Positions 32,781 to 43,471 of a stretch of 64,000 nt of DNA are shown piece after piece (the stretch's first letter is position 1; the number at the start of each line of letters is the position of its first letter). The DNA is from Alphaproteobacteria bacterium. GTDB lineage: Bacteria; Pseudomonadota; Alphaproteobacteria; GM7ARS4; G965262615. Both the position numbers and the translations under genes were made by a program. The notes beneath the pieces are model-generated. The model made no database searches, was not told the DNA's origin, and saw only the letters and a program-made list of their open reading frames with translations. The stretch spans positions 1,024,001-1,088,000 of the forward strand of contig OZ253545.1 in the NCBI GenBank assembly GCA_965262615.1, written 5' to 3'.

Positions 32781-33987
32781 GCACACTGTGCAAAAGGTGG
32801 TGCTTGCTTATTCGGGCGGATTGGACACCTCTGTCATTTTGCACTGGCTACGAGAGACTTATGGCTGTGAGGTGGTGACCGTCACCGCCGATATCGGACA
32901 GGGCGATGAATGTGACGAGGCTCTTGCCAAAGCCAAAAAACTGGGGGTGCGAGAGGCACACTTGTTGGATTTGAAGCTGGAGTTTGTGCGCGACTATGTC
33001 TTTCCCATGATGCGTGCCAATTGTCTGTATGAGGGCGTCTACTTGTTGGGGACATCCATTGCCCGCCCGCTCATTGCCAAGAGTCAGATTGATATCGCTC
33101 GCGAGACGAACTCGGACGCGGTGGCTCATGGGGCAACCGGCAAGGGCAATGACCAGCTGCGTTTTGAGCTCTCCTACTATGCCCTTGCGCCGGACATCAC
33201 GGTGATTGCGCCGTGGCGCGAGTGGGATTTATTGAGTCGCGACAAGCTCATTCGCTACGGCGAATCTCATCAGTTGGACATTCCCACAGGCAAGCGCGGC
33301 GAGCCGCCGTATTCTATGGATGCCAATATGCTGCATGTTTCTTATGAAGGACGGGTGCTGGAGGATCCGTGGCAGGATGCCGATGAATCCATGTATCGCA
33401 TGACGGTGTCGCCACAGGATGCTCCCGATAGGGCAGAGGACATTGTAATTTCTTTTCGTGAAGGTGATGGGGTGGCGGTGGATGGCGTTGCCTATGATGC
33501 CGCCGCCCTGTTGCAGCATCTCAATGAGCGGGCGGGCGCGCATGGCATCGGACGGGTGGACATGGTGGAAAATCGCTTTGTGGGCATGAAATCACGAGGT
33601 GTCTATGAGACTCCCGGTGGGACGCTTTTGCTGACGGCGCATCGCGCACTGGAGAGCATCACTTTGGACAGAGAAGAGGCTCATCTCAAGGATGACCTCA
33701 TGCCTCGCTACGCCGCTTGCATTTATAACGGATTTTGGTTCTCTCCCGAACGAGAGGCATTGCAGGCATTGATTGACCACACCCAAAGACATGTCAATGG
33801 CGATGTGCGCTTGCGCATGTATAAGGGAAGCGTGATGGTGATGGGCAGACGCTCCGATGATTCGCTGTATGATGAGGACATTGCCACCTTTGAGGAGGAC
33901 TCCGTCTATGACCATGAGGACGCACGAGGCTTTATTGCCCTGCAGGCGTTGCGTCTGCGCATGGTGGCGCGGCGAAGGAACTCATGA
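32770..33987 (+). CDS. argG: Argininosuccinate synthase
   Basis: [30 protein letters not shown]. Confidence 0.98.
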   Translation: MPHKHTVQKVVLAYSGGLDTSVILHWLRETYGCEVVTVTADIGQGDECDEALAKAKKLGVREAHLLDLKLEFVRDYVFPMMRANCLYEGVYLLGTSIARPLIAKSQIDIARETNSDAVAHGATGKGNDQLRFELSYYALAPDITVIAPWREWDLLSRDKLIRYGESHQLDIPTGKRGEPPYSMDANMLHVSYEGRVLEDPWQDADESMYRMTVSPQDAPDRAEDIVISFREGDGVAVDGVAYDAAALLQHLNERAGAHGIGRVDMVENRFVGMKSRGVYETPGGTLLLTAHRALESITLDREEAHLKDDLMPRYAACIYNGFWFSPEREALQALIDHTQRHVNGDVRLRMYKGSVMVMGRRSDDSLYDEDIATFEEDSVYDHEDARGFIALQALRLRMVARRRNS

Positions 33988-34787
33988 CTGAGTTTTTCGG
34001 CATGGTGGCTTTATTGGCACAAGGAGCTTTGTGTTATGGGGTGATGGCACACGCGCCTCACTGGACGGCATCTTCGTTTGCCCATCGGTTTTTCTTGTTG
34101 TCTTTTGTGCTGGCGGTGGCGGCGGCTTTTTTGAGCGGTTGGCTTTGGCAGAATCATTTGCGTTTGAGCGGGTCGTTGTCATCGCAATTGTGGTTGTTGT
34201 TGTTGCTGTTGTGGGGGATGCGTGAGGTGCTGCCGCGTGTGGGTGTCAGGGTGGATTTATTGACCGTCTTGTTTATGCCCTACAGTCTGGTTTTGGTTGG
34301 TTTGGCTTTATTGTCGTCATTTTCTGTGGTGCGTCATGATGAGACGGTCATGATGCAGGATGGCTGGATTACGGTGCATATGCTCAGTGCCATTGTGGGT
34401 TATGGGGTGTTGAGTTGGGCATCTCTGGCGGCATTGGCGTGTTTGTTGCGGGCTCGGGTGCTGGCGGGACGCAAACATCTGCAGTCGTTTCTTGCCGCTC
34501 TGCCCAGCATTCGTGAGGCTGAACGCATGGAGCATCAATTATTGATTGCCTCGGTCGTTTTGATGGTGATGGCGATGGTGTCTGGTTTTGTGGCGTTTTC
34601 TTCATATCAGACGGCGTGGATGAAAATTCTCTTATTTCTCTTGGCATTTGGGCTGGCGGTGATGCTATTGCTGATGCGTTTGTATGCGGGGGTGGCGGGG
34701 GTGCGAGCGGCGCGTGTGCTTTTGGTATCGTGGTTTTGTTTGAGCTTGGCGTGGATTGGCGTTACATTGGTCGGTGGGTCTGAATGA
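33984..34787 (+). CDS. Cytochrome c assembly family (CcsA/YpjD-like) membrane protein
   Basis: About 8 TM segments, WITVH, ALPS; divergent. Confidence 0.65.
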   Translation: MTEFFGMVALLAQGALCYGVMAHAPHWTASSFAHRFFLLSFVLAVAAAFLSGWLWQNHLRLSGSLSSQLWLLLLLLWGMREVLPRVGVRVDLLTVLFMPYSLVLVGLALLSSFSVVRHDETVMMQDGWITVHMLSAIVGYGVLSWASLAALACLLRARVLAGRKHLQSFLAALPSIREAERMEHQLLIASVVLMVMAMVSGFVAFSSYQTAWMKILLFLLAFGLAVMLLLMRLYAGVAGVRAARVLLVSWFCLSLAWIGVTLVGGSE

Positions 34788-35743
34788 TGCTACAAATCGG
34801 AGATTTATCACTGCCCAGCAATATTTTGCTCGCCCCCATGTCTGGCGTGAGCGACAAGCCCTTTCGCGAGCAAGTGGTGAAGTTTGGCGCGGGGCTGGTG
34901 TTTTCGGAAATGATTGCCTGCGAATCGGTGTTGCGTGGGGTGCAGCGTTCTTTTTTGCGGGCTGAGGGAATCGGTGACCATCATGCCATTCAATTGGCGG
35001 GATGTGAGCCTCATCGCATGGGTGAGGCGGCGCGTATGGCGCATGATTTTGGTGCGTGCCTCATTGATATCAACATGGGATGTCCTGCCAAAAAAGTGGT
35101 GCGCGGTGAGGCGGGGTCGGCTCTTATGAAAGATGAACAATTGGCTGCCAGCATCATGAGTGCGGTGGTGCAAGCATCACACCTGCCCGTGAGCCTTAAG
35201 ATGCGCATGGGATGGGATGAGCATCATCTCAATGCACCGCAGCTGGCGCGTATTGCCGAGCAGTGCGGCATTGTCATGATTACCATTCACGGACGCACCC
35301 GAGCTCAAATGTATAGGGGCAGTGCCGATTGGAAATTTATTCGCCGTGTGAAACAAGCGGTGAGCATCCCCGTGATTGCCAATGGCGATGTGTGTGAACT
35401 CAGTGATGTGGAGCAAATTCTTGAACAATCTCATGCCGATGGCGTTATGATTGGGCGCGGCAGCTATGGTCGCCCTTGGTTTCCTCATGTGGCGCACGAG
35501 TGGATTCATCACGGACGCCACGCGGTCATTGATGGCAAAACCAAGAGGAAAACCATTGTCCATCATCTCCAATCCCTCTATGAGCACTACGGCTCGCGCA
35601 CGGGGATGCGCATCGCCCGCAAGCATCTGGGGTGGTACAGTCGCGGCATGACGCAAGCCTCTCGCATCAGAACGGAGATCAATCGCATTGATTGTCCCGT
35701 GGAATTGCAACGCTTTGTGCATCAAGCCTTTGCAACGCCTTAG
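34784..35743 (+). CDS. dusB: tRNA-dihydrouridine synthase B
   Basis: [31 protein letters not shown]. Confidence 0.97.
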   Translation: MMLQIGDLSLPSNILLAPMSGVSDKPFREQVVKFGAGLVFSEMIACESVLRGVQRSFLRAEGIGDHHAIQLAGCEPHRMGEAARMAHDFGACLIDINMGCPAKKVVRGEAGSALMKDEQLAASIMSAVVQASHLPVSLKMRMGWDEHHLNAPQLARIAEQCGIVMITIHGRTRAQMYRGSADWKFIRRVKQAVSIPVIANGDVCELSDVEQILEQSHADGVMIGRGSYGRPWFPHVAHEWIHHGRHAVIDGKTKRKTIVHHLQSLYEHYGSRTGMRIARKHLGWYSRGMTQASRIRTEINRIDCPVELQRFVHQAFATP

Positions 35744-35754
35744 GAAGCGGGGCG

Positions 35755-37131
35755 ATGCGTGTTATTATTTGCGGTGGTGGCGCAGTGGGAGCGGGAATTG
35801 CTCATCACCTCTCATCAGAGGACAATGATGTGGTGGTGATTGATTCCTCTCGGGATGTGATGGCTCAGCTCGCCAAAAATCTTGATATACAATCGCTGCA
35901 AGGCAATGCCGCCCGTCCTGATGTTTTGGAACAAGCCAGAATGCGGGATGCCGATATGCTCATTGCGGTCACGGGCTCTGATGAGGTCAATATGGTGATT
36001 TGTCAGGTGGCGTATACTTTGTTCAAGACTCCTGTGCGGATTGCTCGCATTCGCGATCAACACTATTTGGCTTCATCATGGAAGCATCTGTTTCAAGATT
36101 CCCATGTTCCTGTCAATGCGGTGATTTCTCCCGAACGAGAGGTGGCGCGCGCCATCACCACCCAATTGAGATGGCCTGGCGCGTTTGAGTGCATCATGTT
36201 GGAGCAATCTTCTTTGGCGGTTGTGAGGGTAGAGCCAGCACCGCAATCCGATTGGTACGAGTGCTCGGTGAGTGAGATGGAGAAAAAGGCATCGTTTCCC
36301 CTTTCGATTCTGGCGTATGTGCGAGATGGTGCGTTGCAGCAGTGGGATCGCCATCATGTGCTCGCTCACGGAGAGGCTGTTTATGTGGCGGTGTCTCAGA
36401 ATCAGGTCACGCCGTTGATGCGGTTCATGGGACATGGCGAGGCAGAGGCACGGAGGGTGCTCATTATAGGGGGCGGGAATATTGGATGGGCGTTGGCTGA
36501 AATGCTGGAAGAGCGAGTGGTGGATCTCAATCTTAAAGTCATTGAGAAAGATGAGCAAAGAGCCAAAAAAATCGCCGCCAATCTCAAAGAAGCAACCGTC
36601 ATTCATGGCGATGCTCTTGATCCCGTCATTTTGAGTGAGGCGGAAATCAACACCACAGAAACCATCATTTGTGTCACCCAAGAAGACGAAAATAACATTC
36701 TCATCTCTCTCTTGGCGAAGCATCACGGATGCCAAAAAGCCATCGCCTTGGTGAAGAATCCCATTTATCATCAGATGGTCTATCGCTTGGGGATGGATGT
36801 GGTGGTGCACCCGCGCAGCATCACGGTGTCAAGCATTTTGCGCCATGTGCGGGAGGGCAAAGTAATCTCGGTTCATTCGTTAGGAGGGGAGCGCGGCGAA
36901 TTGATGGAATTGGAAATTTTGCCCACCGCCGCTATTTTGGATCGCAGCCTTGCTCAATTGGACTTGCCTCCTGGGGTGCGTATTGGCGCGGTTGTGCGTG
37001 ATGGCACGGGAGTCTTGATGCCTCACGGAGAGATGGTGTTTCAAAAACACGACCGCGTTGTGTTGCTTGCACCCACCCGTGCCATCAAGGATGTGGAACG
37101 CCTCTTTACCGCAAAGCCGAGTTTTTTTTAA
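35755..37131 (+). CDS. trkA: Trk potassium uptake NAD-binding subunit
   Basis: Two GxG Rossmann motifs, AVTGSDEVN, VISPE, DENNIL. Confidence 0.96.
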   Translation: MRVIICGGGAVGAGIAHHLSSEDNDVVVIDSSRDVMAQLAKNLDIQSLQGNAARPDVLEQARMRDADMLIAVTGSDEVNMVICQVAYTLFKTPVRIARIRDQHYLASSWKHLFQDSHVPVNAVISPEREVARAITTQLRWPGAFECIMLEQSSLAVVRVEPAPQSDWYECSVSEMEKKASFPLSILAYVRDGALQQWDRHHVLAHGEAVYVAVSQNQVTPLMRFMGHGEAEARRVLIIGGGNIGWALAEMLEERVVDLNLKVIEKDEQRAKKIAANLKEATVIHGDALDPVILSEAEINTTETIICVTQEDENNILISLLAKHHGCQKAIALVKNPIYHQMVYRLGMDVVVHPRSITVSSILRHVREGKVISVHSLGGERGELMELEILPTAAILDRSLAQLDLPPGVRIGAVVRDGTGVLMPHGEMVFQKHDRVVLLAPTRAIKDVERLFTAKPSFF

Positions 37132-37982
37132 TGGTGGATGTGACACCCATCGCCTATGTCAATGGAGCGTATGTGCCGTTGCATGACGCGCGGATTGCCC
37201 TTTTGGATCGGGCGGCGTTGTTTGCCGATGCCGTCTATGAGGTGATGTGGGTTGAACAGGGGCGATTGATTGATTTTGACAATCATTGGCGGCGTTTTGT
37301 GACATCGGCTCAGGCGATTGCCATGAAGCCGCCTTACACGAAGGATGTGTGGCACATCATCATGAAGCAATTGATTGGGCGCAATGGCTGTCGCAACGGC
37401 GGACTTTACTGGCACATGAGTCGTGGCGTGATGATGCGCAACCATGTGCCCCACAACACCATGACGCCTCAGCTGGTTGCCTTTGTGAATCATGCCGAGC
37501 TGCAGGCGCGCTGCACGGATGCCGTCACCGTGATGACCGCCTCAGAATCGCGCTGGAAGCGGTGTGATATCAAAACGGTGGGATTGCTGCCCAATGTCAT
37601 GGCGCGTATGCGTGCCGCCGCCCAACAAAAAAATGAGACATGGTTCGTCAATGATGAGGGGTTCATCACGGAAGGCGCGGCGTGCAATGGGTTTATTGTG
37701 GATGAGCACAATGTGCTGCGAACCCATCCCGCCACCGAGGCGATTTTAGCGGGAATTGTGCGTGATTTTGTGGTGCACGCGGCGGCGCGCCTATCCATTG
37801 ATGTGCGTGAGGAGGCATTTTCTCTGGCGGAATTGAAAAAAGCCAAAGAAGCATTCTACACCGGCACGCTGCAAGGTGTCATGGGAGTATCATCAATTGA
37901 TGACATCGCCATTCCTCACGGAACGGATGCTCCCATCACGCGCGCTTTAATGGATGCCTACGAGCAGCATCTGACCCAATGA
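37131..37982 (+). CDS. Class IV aminotransferase (D-amino-acid transaminase-like)
   Basis: YVNG, DRAALFADAVYEV, RWKRCDIKTVGLL, ITEG, ILAGI. Confidence 0.9.
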   Translation: MVDVTPIAYVNGAYVPLHDARIALLDRAALFADAVYEVMWVEQGRLIDFDNHWRRFVTSAQAIAMKPPYTKDVWHIIMKQLIGRNGCRNGGLYWHMSRGVMMRNHVPHNTMTPQLVAFVNHAELQARCTDAVTVMTASESRWKRCDIKTVGLLPNVMARMRAAAQQKNETWFVNDEGFITEGAACNGFIVDEHNVLRTHPATEAILAGIVRDFVVHAAARLSIDVREEAFSLAELKKAKEAFYTGTLQGVMGVSSIDDIAIPHGTDAPITRALMDAYEQHLTQ

Positions 37983-39088
37983 AAACATTGGTGATTCATC
38001 CTCACGGTGCATGGCACGGCGACCGTCATCCGTTGGATGATTTGGCAGAAGCGGTGGCATTGGCTCACGCTTTGCATTTTGAGGTGAGCGGACACTGCGT
38101 CAATGTGCGTCAATTGCACGCCGCCTCGTTTTTTGGCAAGGGAAACTGCGATGCCATTCGCGAATGGGTGAGCGGCAGTGGGTATGAGCTGGTCATCATC
38201 AATCATCAGTTGTCGGCGGTGCAGCATCGGCAGTTGGAAAAAGCGTGGCAGGTGAAGGTGTGGGATCGTCACATGCTCATTTTAGAGATTTTTGGCGCGC
38301 GCGCGTCCACACGGGAAGGAACGATTCAGGTGGAACTCGCCGCATTGCGCTATCAACGCAGCCGTCTGGTGCGCTCTTGGACGCATCTTGAACGCCAAAG
38401 AGGCGGTAGCGGATTCATGGGAGGACCGGGCGAGCGACAAATTGAGAGCGATCGCCGCATCATTGATCGCAAAATTCATCAATTGCAAAAAAAACTCAAA
38501 ACAGTCACACGCACCCGCAGACTGCAACGCAAAGGACGCCGTCACTATCCCTCCATTTCACTGGTGGGATACACCAATGCCGGCAAAACCACGCTCTTCA
38601 ATCGCTTGACGCACAGTGACGGATGGGCTGCGAATCAATTGTTTGCCACCCTTGATCCGATGGCGCGGTCTTTGTATTTGCCCTGCGGACAAACGGTCAT
38701 TGTCTCGGACACGGTGGGATTTATCTCTGACCTGCCTCATCATCTCATTGCCGCCTTTCGTGCCACTTTGGAGGAGGTGATTGATGCCGATGTCATCATT
38801 CATCTCATTGATGGGTCATCGCCTCATCACACGGCACAGGCGCGTGATGTGAATGATGTGCTGGCACAACTGGGAGTGGAGGATGAGCGTCCCATCATTG
38901 AGGTTGTTAACAAAGCCGACTTGTTATCAGACGCATCTCGCGATGAGCGATTGTTGCTCTCGGCAGCAAATGGCTCAGGCGTGGATGATTTGTTGAATGA
39001 GCTCTCGCGGGTGGTGCATCAATTGCCTCGTTTTTGCAGGCGCGCGAGCAGTGCGGAGCTGTCCCATGCACCGCCGCCCATTTGCTGA
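37979..39088 (+). CDS. hflX: GTPase HflX (short form)
   Basis: LILEIFGARA, WTHLERQRGG, GPGERQIESDRR, GYTNAGKT, DTVGFI, NKAD. Confidence 0.97.
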   Translation: MKTLVIHPHGAWHGDRHPLDDLAEAVALAHALHFEVSGHCVNVRQLHAASFFGKGNCDAIREWVSGSGYELVIINHQLSAVQHRQLEKAWQVKVWDRHMLILEIFGARASTREGTIQVELAALRYQRSRLVRSWTHLERQRGGSGFMGGPGERQIESDRRIIDRKIHQLQKKLKTVTRTRRLQRKGRRHYPSISLVGYTNAGKTTLFNRLTHSDGWAANQLFATLDPMARSLYLPCGQTVIVSDTVGFISDLPHHLIAAFRATLEEVIDADVIIHLIDGSSPHHTAQARDVNDVLAQLGVEDERPIIEVVNKADLLSDASRDERLLLSAANGSGVDDLLNELSRVVHQLPRFCRRASSAELSHAPPPIC

Positions 39089-39882
39089 ACCTCTTCATAA
39101 AATTGAGCGATGAGGGCGGTGGTCTCCAGCGGCGTTGAGGAGGCTGCCATTGCCAGACGCAAGTCCTTGAGCATCCAATCCACCTTAAAGCCAAAGCCAT
39201 CAAATTGTCCATCCAGCATGGTGGCGGCGCGATTTTGCATCCACCATGAGGATGACGCGCCATTGGTGATGGCTTGCAGCAGGGCATCGGTGTCCAATCC
39301 CATCTCTTGAGCAAAATGCAACCCCTCCGCCAAAGACTGAATGACACCGCTAGCACAGATTTGATTGACCATTTTTGCCAACTGACCCGTTCCCACCTCA
39401 CCCATGTGGGTGATGGTGCGCCCGTAACAACGCAACAGAGGCTCAATGGCGGTCACATGGTCTTGCGCCCCTCCCACCATGATGGACAAAGTGCCTTGCT
39501 GCGCCCCTTCCATGCCGCCCGATATCGGAGCATCACAAAAAAAGCATCCTTTGTGTGCCGCCAGCTGAGCCATCTCACGGGCAATGGTCGCCGAACAGGT
39601 GCTGTGGTCAATGATAAAGCCGTTCGTCATCACCGTGAGAGCTTCGGTCACCACACTGCGGAGATCATCGTCATTGCCCACACAGGTGATGAGTCCGTCT
39701 TGTCCTTGCACCGCCTCACTGACGCTGCCCGCAACCGCGCCTTGATGCAACTTCTGCCACTGTTTCATTTTAGCGGGGCTACGATTATAAACCGTGACGC
39801 TATGACCGTGGCGAGCCAGATGCCCCGCCATGGGCGCACCCATCGCTCCCAGTCCCACAAATGCAATGCGATTCAAAGCCAT
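39019..39882 (-). CDS. 3-hydroxyisobutyrate dehydrogenase-family oxidoreductase
   Basis: GLGAMGAPMA, DAPISGG, AKMVNQ, KDL. Confidence 0.93.
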   Translation of the reverse strand: MALNRIAFVGLGAMGAPMAGHLARHGHSVTVYNRSPAKMKQWQKLHQGAVAGSVSEAVQGQDGLITCVGNDDDLRSVVTEALTVMTNGFIIDHSTCSATIAREMAQLAAHKGCFFCDAPISGGMEGAQQGTLSIMVGGAQDHVTAIEPLLRCYGRTITHMGEVGTGQLAKMVNQICASGVIQSLAEGLHFAQEMGLDTDALLQAITNGASSSWWMQNRAATMLDGQFDGFGFKVDWMLKDLRLAMAASSTPLETTALIAQFYEEVQQMGGGAWDSSALLARLQKRGN

Positions 39883-40895
39883 CCCGCCAGCTGCCTCATG
39901 ATTAGGTGTGTCAATGCGTCCATATGATAGGAACTCTCATTGAGGCAGGGGATGGTATCATACTGCTCTCCGCCTGCACTCATAAAAATCTCTTTGCCTT
40001 CAATGGCGATTTCCTCCAATGTTTCAATGCAATCGGCGACAAAGCCGGGCATCATAACCGCCAATCGCTTTACGCCTTTCTCCGCCAGTGCCTTGATGGT
40101 TTCATCGGTGTAGGGTTGCAGCCATTCGGCAGGACCAAAGCGCGATTGAAATGTCATCATGAATTGGTCTTCATTCAAGTTCAGGGATTCTCTGAGCAGT
40201 CGGTAAGTTTTGGCACAGTGGCAATGGTACGGGTCACCCTTCATAAAATACTCTTTGGGCAGTCCGTGAAAGGAGACCAGCGTCACCTCAGGCTGCCATG
40301 ACGAATTATTGCACCATTCACGATGAGAGCGCGCCAGTGCGTCAATATAGAGGGCATCATCATGATAGGGGGGCATGGTGCGAATGGCGGGTTGCCAGCG
40401 CATTTTTTGCAAAACATTGAATGCCTCATCATAGGCGGTTGCCATGGTTGCGGCTGAATACTGCGGATACAAGGCACACAGCAACACCCGCCGCGCCCCT
40501 TGTTCCACCATGTGAGACAAAACATCGTGAATGGATGGCGTTCCATAGCGCATTGCCCAGTCGGTGATGATGCCATCACTCGCCTTTGCCAGTTTTTGTG
40601 TGATGGCATCATTTTGAGCGCGCGTGATGGTGCGCAGAGGGGATTCGTCCTTTTCGTGATTCCAAATGCTTTGATACGCCGCACCGCTCTTTTGCGGGCG
40701 CGTGGTGAGAATGAAACAATTGAGAATAATCTTCCACACCCAAGGATTGGTCTCAATGACGCGGCGGTCACTCAAAAATTCCTTGAGATAACGGCGCATC
40801 GGACGATAGCCATAACCGTCGGGCGTGCCCAAATTGACGAGCAAGACGCCAATTTTGCCGTCAGCAATGAGAGGATGGTCGGCTGGTTTGTTCAT
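39873..40895 (-). CDS. hemH: Ferrochelatase
   Basis: NLGTP, EFLSDRRV, LYPQYS, SFHG, QSRFG, DCIETLEEI. Confidence 0.98.
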   Translation of the reverse strand: MNKPADHPLIADGKIGVLLVNLGTPDGYGYRPMRRYLKEFLSDRRVIETNPWVWKIILNCFILTTRPQKSGAAYQSIWNHEKDESPLRTITRAQNDAITQKLAKASDGIITDWAMRYGTPSIHDVLSHMVEQGARRVLLCALYPQYSAATMATAYDEAFNVLQKMRWQPAIRTMPPYHDDALYIDALARSHREWCNNSSWQPEVTLVSFHGLPKEYFMKGDPYHCHCAKTYRLLRESLNLNEDQFMMTFQSRFGPAEWLQPYTDETIKALAEKGVKRLAVMMPGFVADCIETLEEIAIEGKEIFMSAGGEQYDTIPCLNESSYHMDALTHLIMRQLAGWL

Positions 40896-40937
40896 GTCGT
40901 TTGTTTGCGAGCAACAATTATGCTACATAACAGCACG

Positions 40938-41687
40938 ATGGATGAAACACAAGGTCAGAGCTTTATTGTCAATCTGGACAGTTATGAGGGTCCGCTGGAT
41001 GTCTTGCTGAGTCTGGCGCGCAATCATGAGGTGGATTTGCGAGAAATATCGCTCGTTGTGTTGGCGGAGCAATACATGGCGTTTTTGCGGCAGCAGGATA
41101 TCAGGCATTTGACCAAAGCGACAGACTATCTCGTGATGGCGGCGTGGCTCACATGGCTCAAAGCGCGCTTGCTCACCCCACAGCATCATGAACAAGAAGA
41201 CGATGAGGAAGATCCCTTTGCCGAAGCCGAACAATTGCGAGAGCAGTTGATTCATCTCAATCTCATTCGCCAGTCGGTGAGTTGGCTCAGAGAACGCCCC
41301 CAATTGGGACAAGATTTTTTCGCTCGCCCCACCCAATATCATGAAACCAAAGAGCTGTCCCCGCCGCCAATCAAATTGTATCAATTGCTTGAAGCCTACA
41401 GCAACATGAATGAGCGTGATGAGGGTCAGCAGGAAGCATCACCTTCGTTTCGCCATCATCCGTTCATGTCTGTTGCGGTGGCATCCACGCAGGTGCAAAA
41501 ATGGGTGACCCAGCCCACCGATTTTATTGACCTTGTGCGTGAGGTGGCTCAGCGATTGAATCAGCCCATGACCTATATTCTGATTCCCATGTTTATGGCA
41601 TCCTTGCAATTGATGAAAAGTCGGCAAATAATGCTGTCGCAAAAGACGATAGATGATGCCCTCACGGTTGCATCCCTACAGGAATGA
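40938..41687 (+). CDS. scpA: Segregation and condensation protein A
   Basis: YEGPLDVLL, DYLVMAA; precedes scpB. Confidence 0.92.
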   Translation: MDETQGQSFIVNLDSYEGPLDVLLSLARNHEVDLREISLVVLAEQYMAFLRQQDIRHLTKATDYLVMAAWLTWLKARLLTPQHHEQEDDEEDPFAEAEQLREQLIHLNLIRQSVSWLRERPQLGQDFFARPTQYHETKELSPPPIKLYQLLEAYSNMNERDEGQQEASPSFRHHPFMSVAVASTQVQKWVTQPTDFIDLVREVAQRLNQPMTYILIPMFMASLQLMKSRQIMLSQKTIDDALTVASLQE

Positions 41688-41694
41688 TTGCATC

Positions 41695-42267
41695 ATGAAC
41701 GACTCCGCTCACACATTATTGTGCCAACTGGAAGCTATTTTATTTGCCCATGGCGATTTGATGGCAAAAGACGAACTCTTGCAATTGATGCCCTATCCTG
41801 ACCGACTAGACGAATTATTGCACAGTTTGGAGAATCATTATGCCAATCGGGGGATTCGTCTTGTGTGTGTCAATGATTGTTGGGGGTTTCGCACGGCATC
41901 TGATTATCGTGAACTTTTGGCGCGCTGGCAGCGCAAGCCATTGCGTTTATCGCAGGCGGCACTGGAGATTTTAATTATGTGTGCTTATCATCAGCCGTTG
42001 TCGCGCGCTGAAATGGAGGCGATTCGCGGCTCAACCGTCTCGTCTTCTGTCATCAATAAGTTGGTTGAACTGGGATGGATGAAACCTGCGGGACGAAAAT
42101 CATTGCCCGGCAAGCCTCTGTTGTGGGAAACCACTCAAGCGTTTTTGGAGCATTTTGACCTTAAATCCCTTGACCATCTGCCATCCCGTGACGAGATTCG
42201 CTCACTGGGATTGGGCAAGGGCGAGGAAGGCGGACTTTTTGCAGTCAAGGTGGAAGGTTCATCTTGA
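41695..42267 (+). CDS. scpB: Segregation and condensation protein B
   Basis: LEAILFA, LSQAALE, AYHQP, PGKP, FLEHF. Confidence 0.94.
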   Translation: MNDSAHTLLCQLEAILFAHGDLMAKDELLQLMPYPDRLDELLHSLENHYANRGIRLVCVNDCWGFRTASDYRELLARWQRKPLRLSQAALEILIMCAYHQPLSRAEMEAIRGSTVSSSVINKLVELGWMKPAGRKSLPGKPLLWETTQAFLEHFDLKSLDHLPSRDEIRSLGLGKGEEGGLFAVKVEGSS

Positions 42268-42301
42268 CTTGACCATCCACTGTGATTGAATAGGAGACAT
42301 C

Positions 42302-42490
42302 ATGGGATCAATCGGTATATGGCAAATCCTTCTTGTTTTGGTGATTGTGCTGATTTTTTTCGGCGCCGGACGCTTGCCGCAAGTCATGAAAGAATTGGCA
42401 CGGGGTATTCGCTCATTTTCCAGTGAGCTGCGCACGCCGTCACAAAAAAAATCTGCCACAAAGAAAAAACCAAAAACAAAAGATCAATAA
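42302..42490 (+). CDS. tatA: Tat translocase subunit TatA
   Basis: SIGIWQILLV, FGAGRLP, GIRSF; AGGAG SD. Confidence 0.93.
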   Translation: MGSIGIWQILLVLVIVLIFFGAGRLPQVMKELARGIRSFSSELRTPSQKKSATKKKPKTKDQ

Positions 42491-42498
42491 GGGCATTC

Positions 42499-42711
42499 AT
42501 GTTTTCCATTGGCTGGTTTGAACTGCTGCTGGTGGCGACTCTGGCATTGTTGATTTTTGGCGCAGACGACCTGCCCGTCATCGCTCGGCAGATTGCCCGA
42601 GTGGTGGGACAGGTGCAACGCATGTTCTCCGTGCTCCAGCGCGACTGGCAGTATATGACCCGCGACCAAAACGATGACACGCAAAAACCAAAAGACAAAA
42701 ATGAACAATGA
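42499..42711 (+). CDS. tatB: Tat translocase subunit TatB (short)
   Basis: MFSIGWFELL, GADDLP; between tatA and tatC. Confidence 0.88.
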   Translation: MFSIGWFELLLVATLALLIFGADDLPVIARQIARVVGQVQRMFSVLQRDWQYMTRDQNDDTQKPKDKNEQ

Positions 42712-43471
42712 CGCATCCAACACCATTCATCGCGATGATGCCATGCCTCTGGTGGAGCATTTGCGGGAATTGCGTCATCGTCTTTTGCGCTATGGTGGCG
42801 TGTTTGTTATTTGTTTTTTGCTGGCTTTAGGCTGGGCACAGGAAATTTATGACATCCTCGCCGCGCCATTGGCTCAATCATTGCAGCAGCAAGGACGCGC
42901 CGCCACCATGATCTACACCCAATTGCCTGAGGTGTTTTTTGCCTATGTGCGGGTGGCGTTTTTTGTGGCGTTGTGCGTCTCTTTTCCTTATGGCTGTTAT
43001 CAATTGTGGCAATTTATTGCGCCTGCTTTGTATCAAAAAGAACGCCGTTTGGTGCTGCCGTTGCTGTGGATGATGCCCGTCTTGTTCGCGGCGGGGGCGT
43101 TGTTTGCGTATCATGTGGTGTTGCCGTTGGCGTGGCATTTTTTCTCCAGTTTTGTGGGAGGCGAGGGCATGGCGATGCGTCTGGAAGCCAAAGTGAGTGA
43201 TTATCTCTCCTTGTCTATGGCTTTGATTTTCTCCTTTGGGGCATCTTTTTTGCTGCCGATTTTTCTTGTCTTGCTGGTGCGCGCCGAAATGGTGACTCTT
43301 GCCCAATTGATTGCATGGCGACGCTATGCCATTGTCACGGCTTTTTTGCTGGCTGCCATTTTGACTCCGCCCGATGTCATCAGTCAGATTTTATTGGCGG
43401 TGCCGCTCATTTTGTTGTATGAAGCCAGTGTGGTGATTATTCGGATTACTAGAGGCAAGCATCATGCATGA
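42701..43471 (+). CDS. tatC: Tat translocase subunit TatC
   Basis: MPLVEHLRELR, FIAPALY, LTPPD. Confidence 0.97.
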   Translation: MNNDASNTIHRDDAMPLVEHLRELRHRLLRYGGVFVICFLLALGWAQEIYDILAAPLAQSLQQQGRAATMIYTQLPEVFFAYVRVAFFVALCVSFPYGCYQLWQFIAPALYQKERRLVLPLLWMMPVLFAAGALFAYHVVLPLAWHFFSSFVGGEGMAMRLEAKVSDYLSLSMALIFSFGASFLLPIFLVLLVRAEMVTLAQLIAWRRYAIVTAFLLAAILTPPDVISQILLAVPLILLYEASVVIIRITRGKHHA

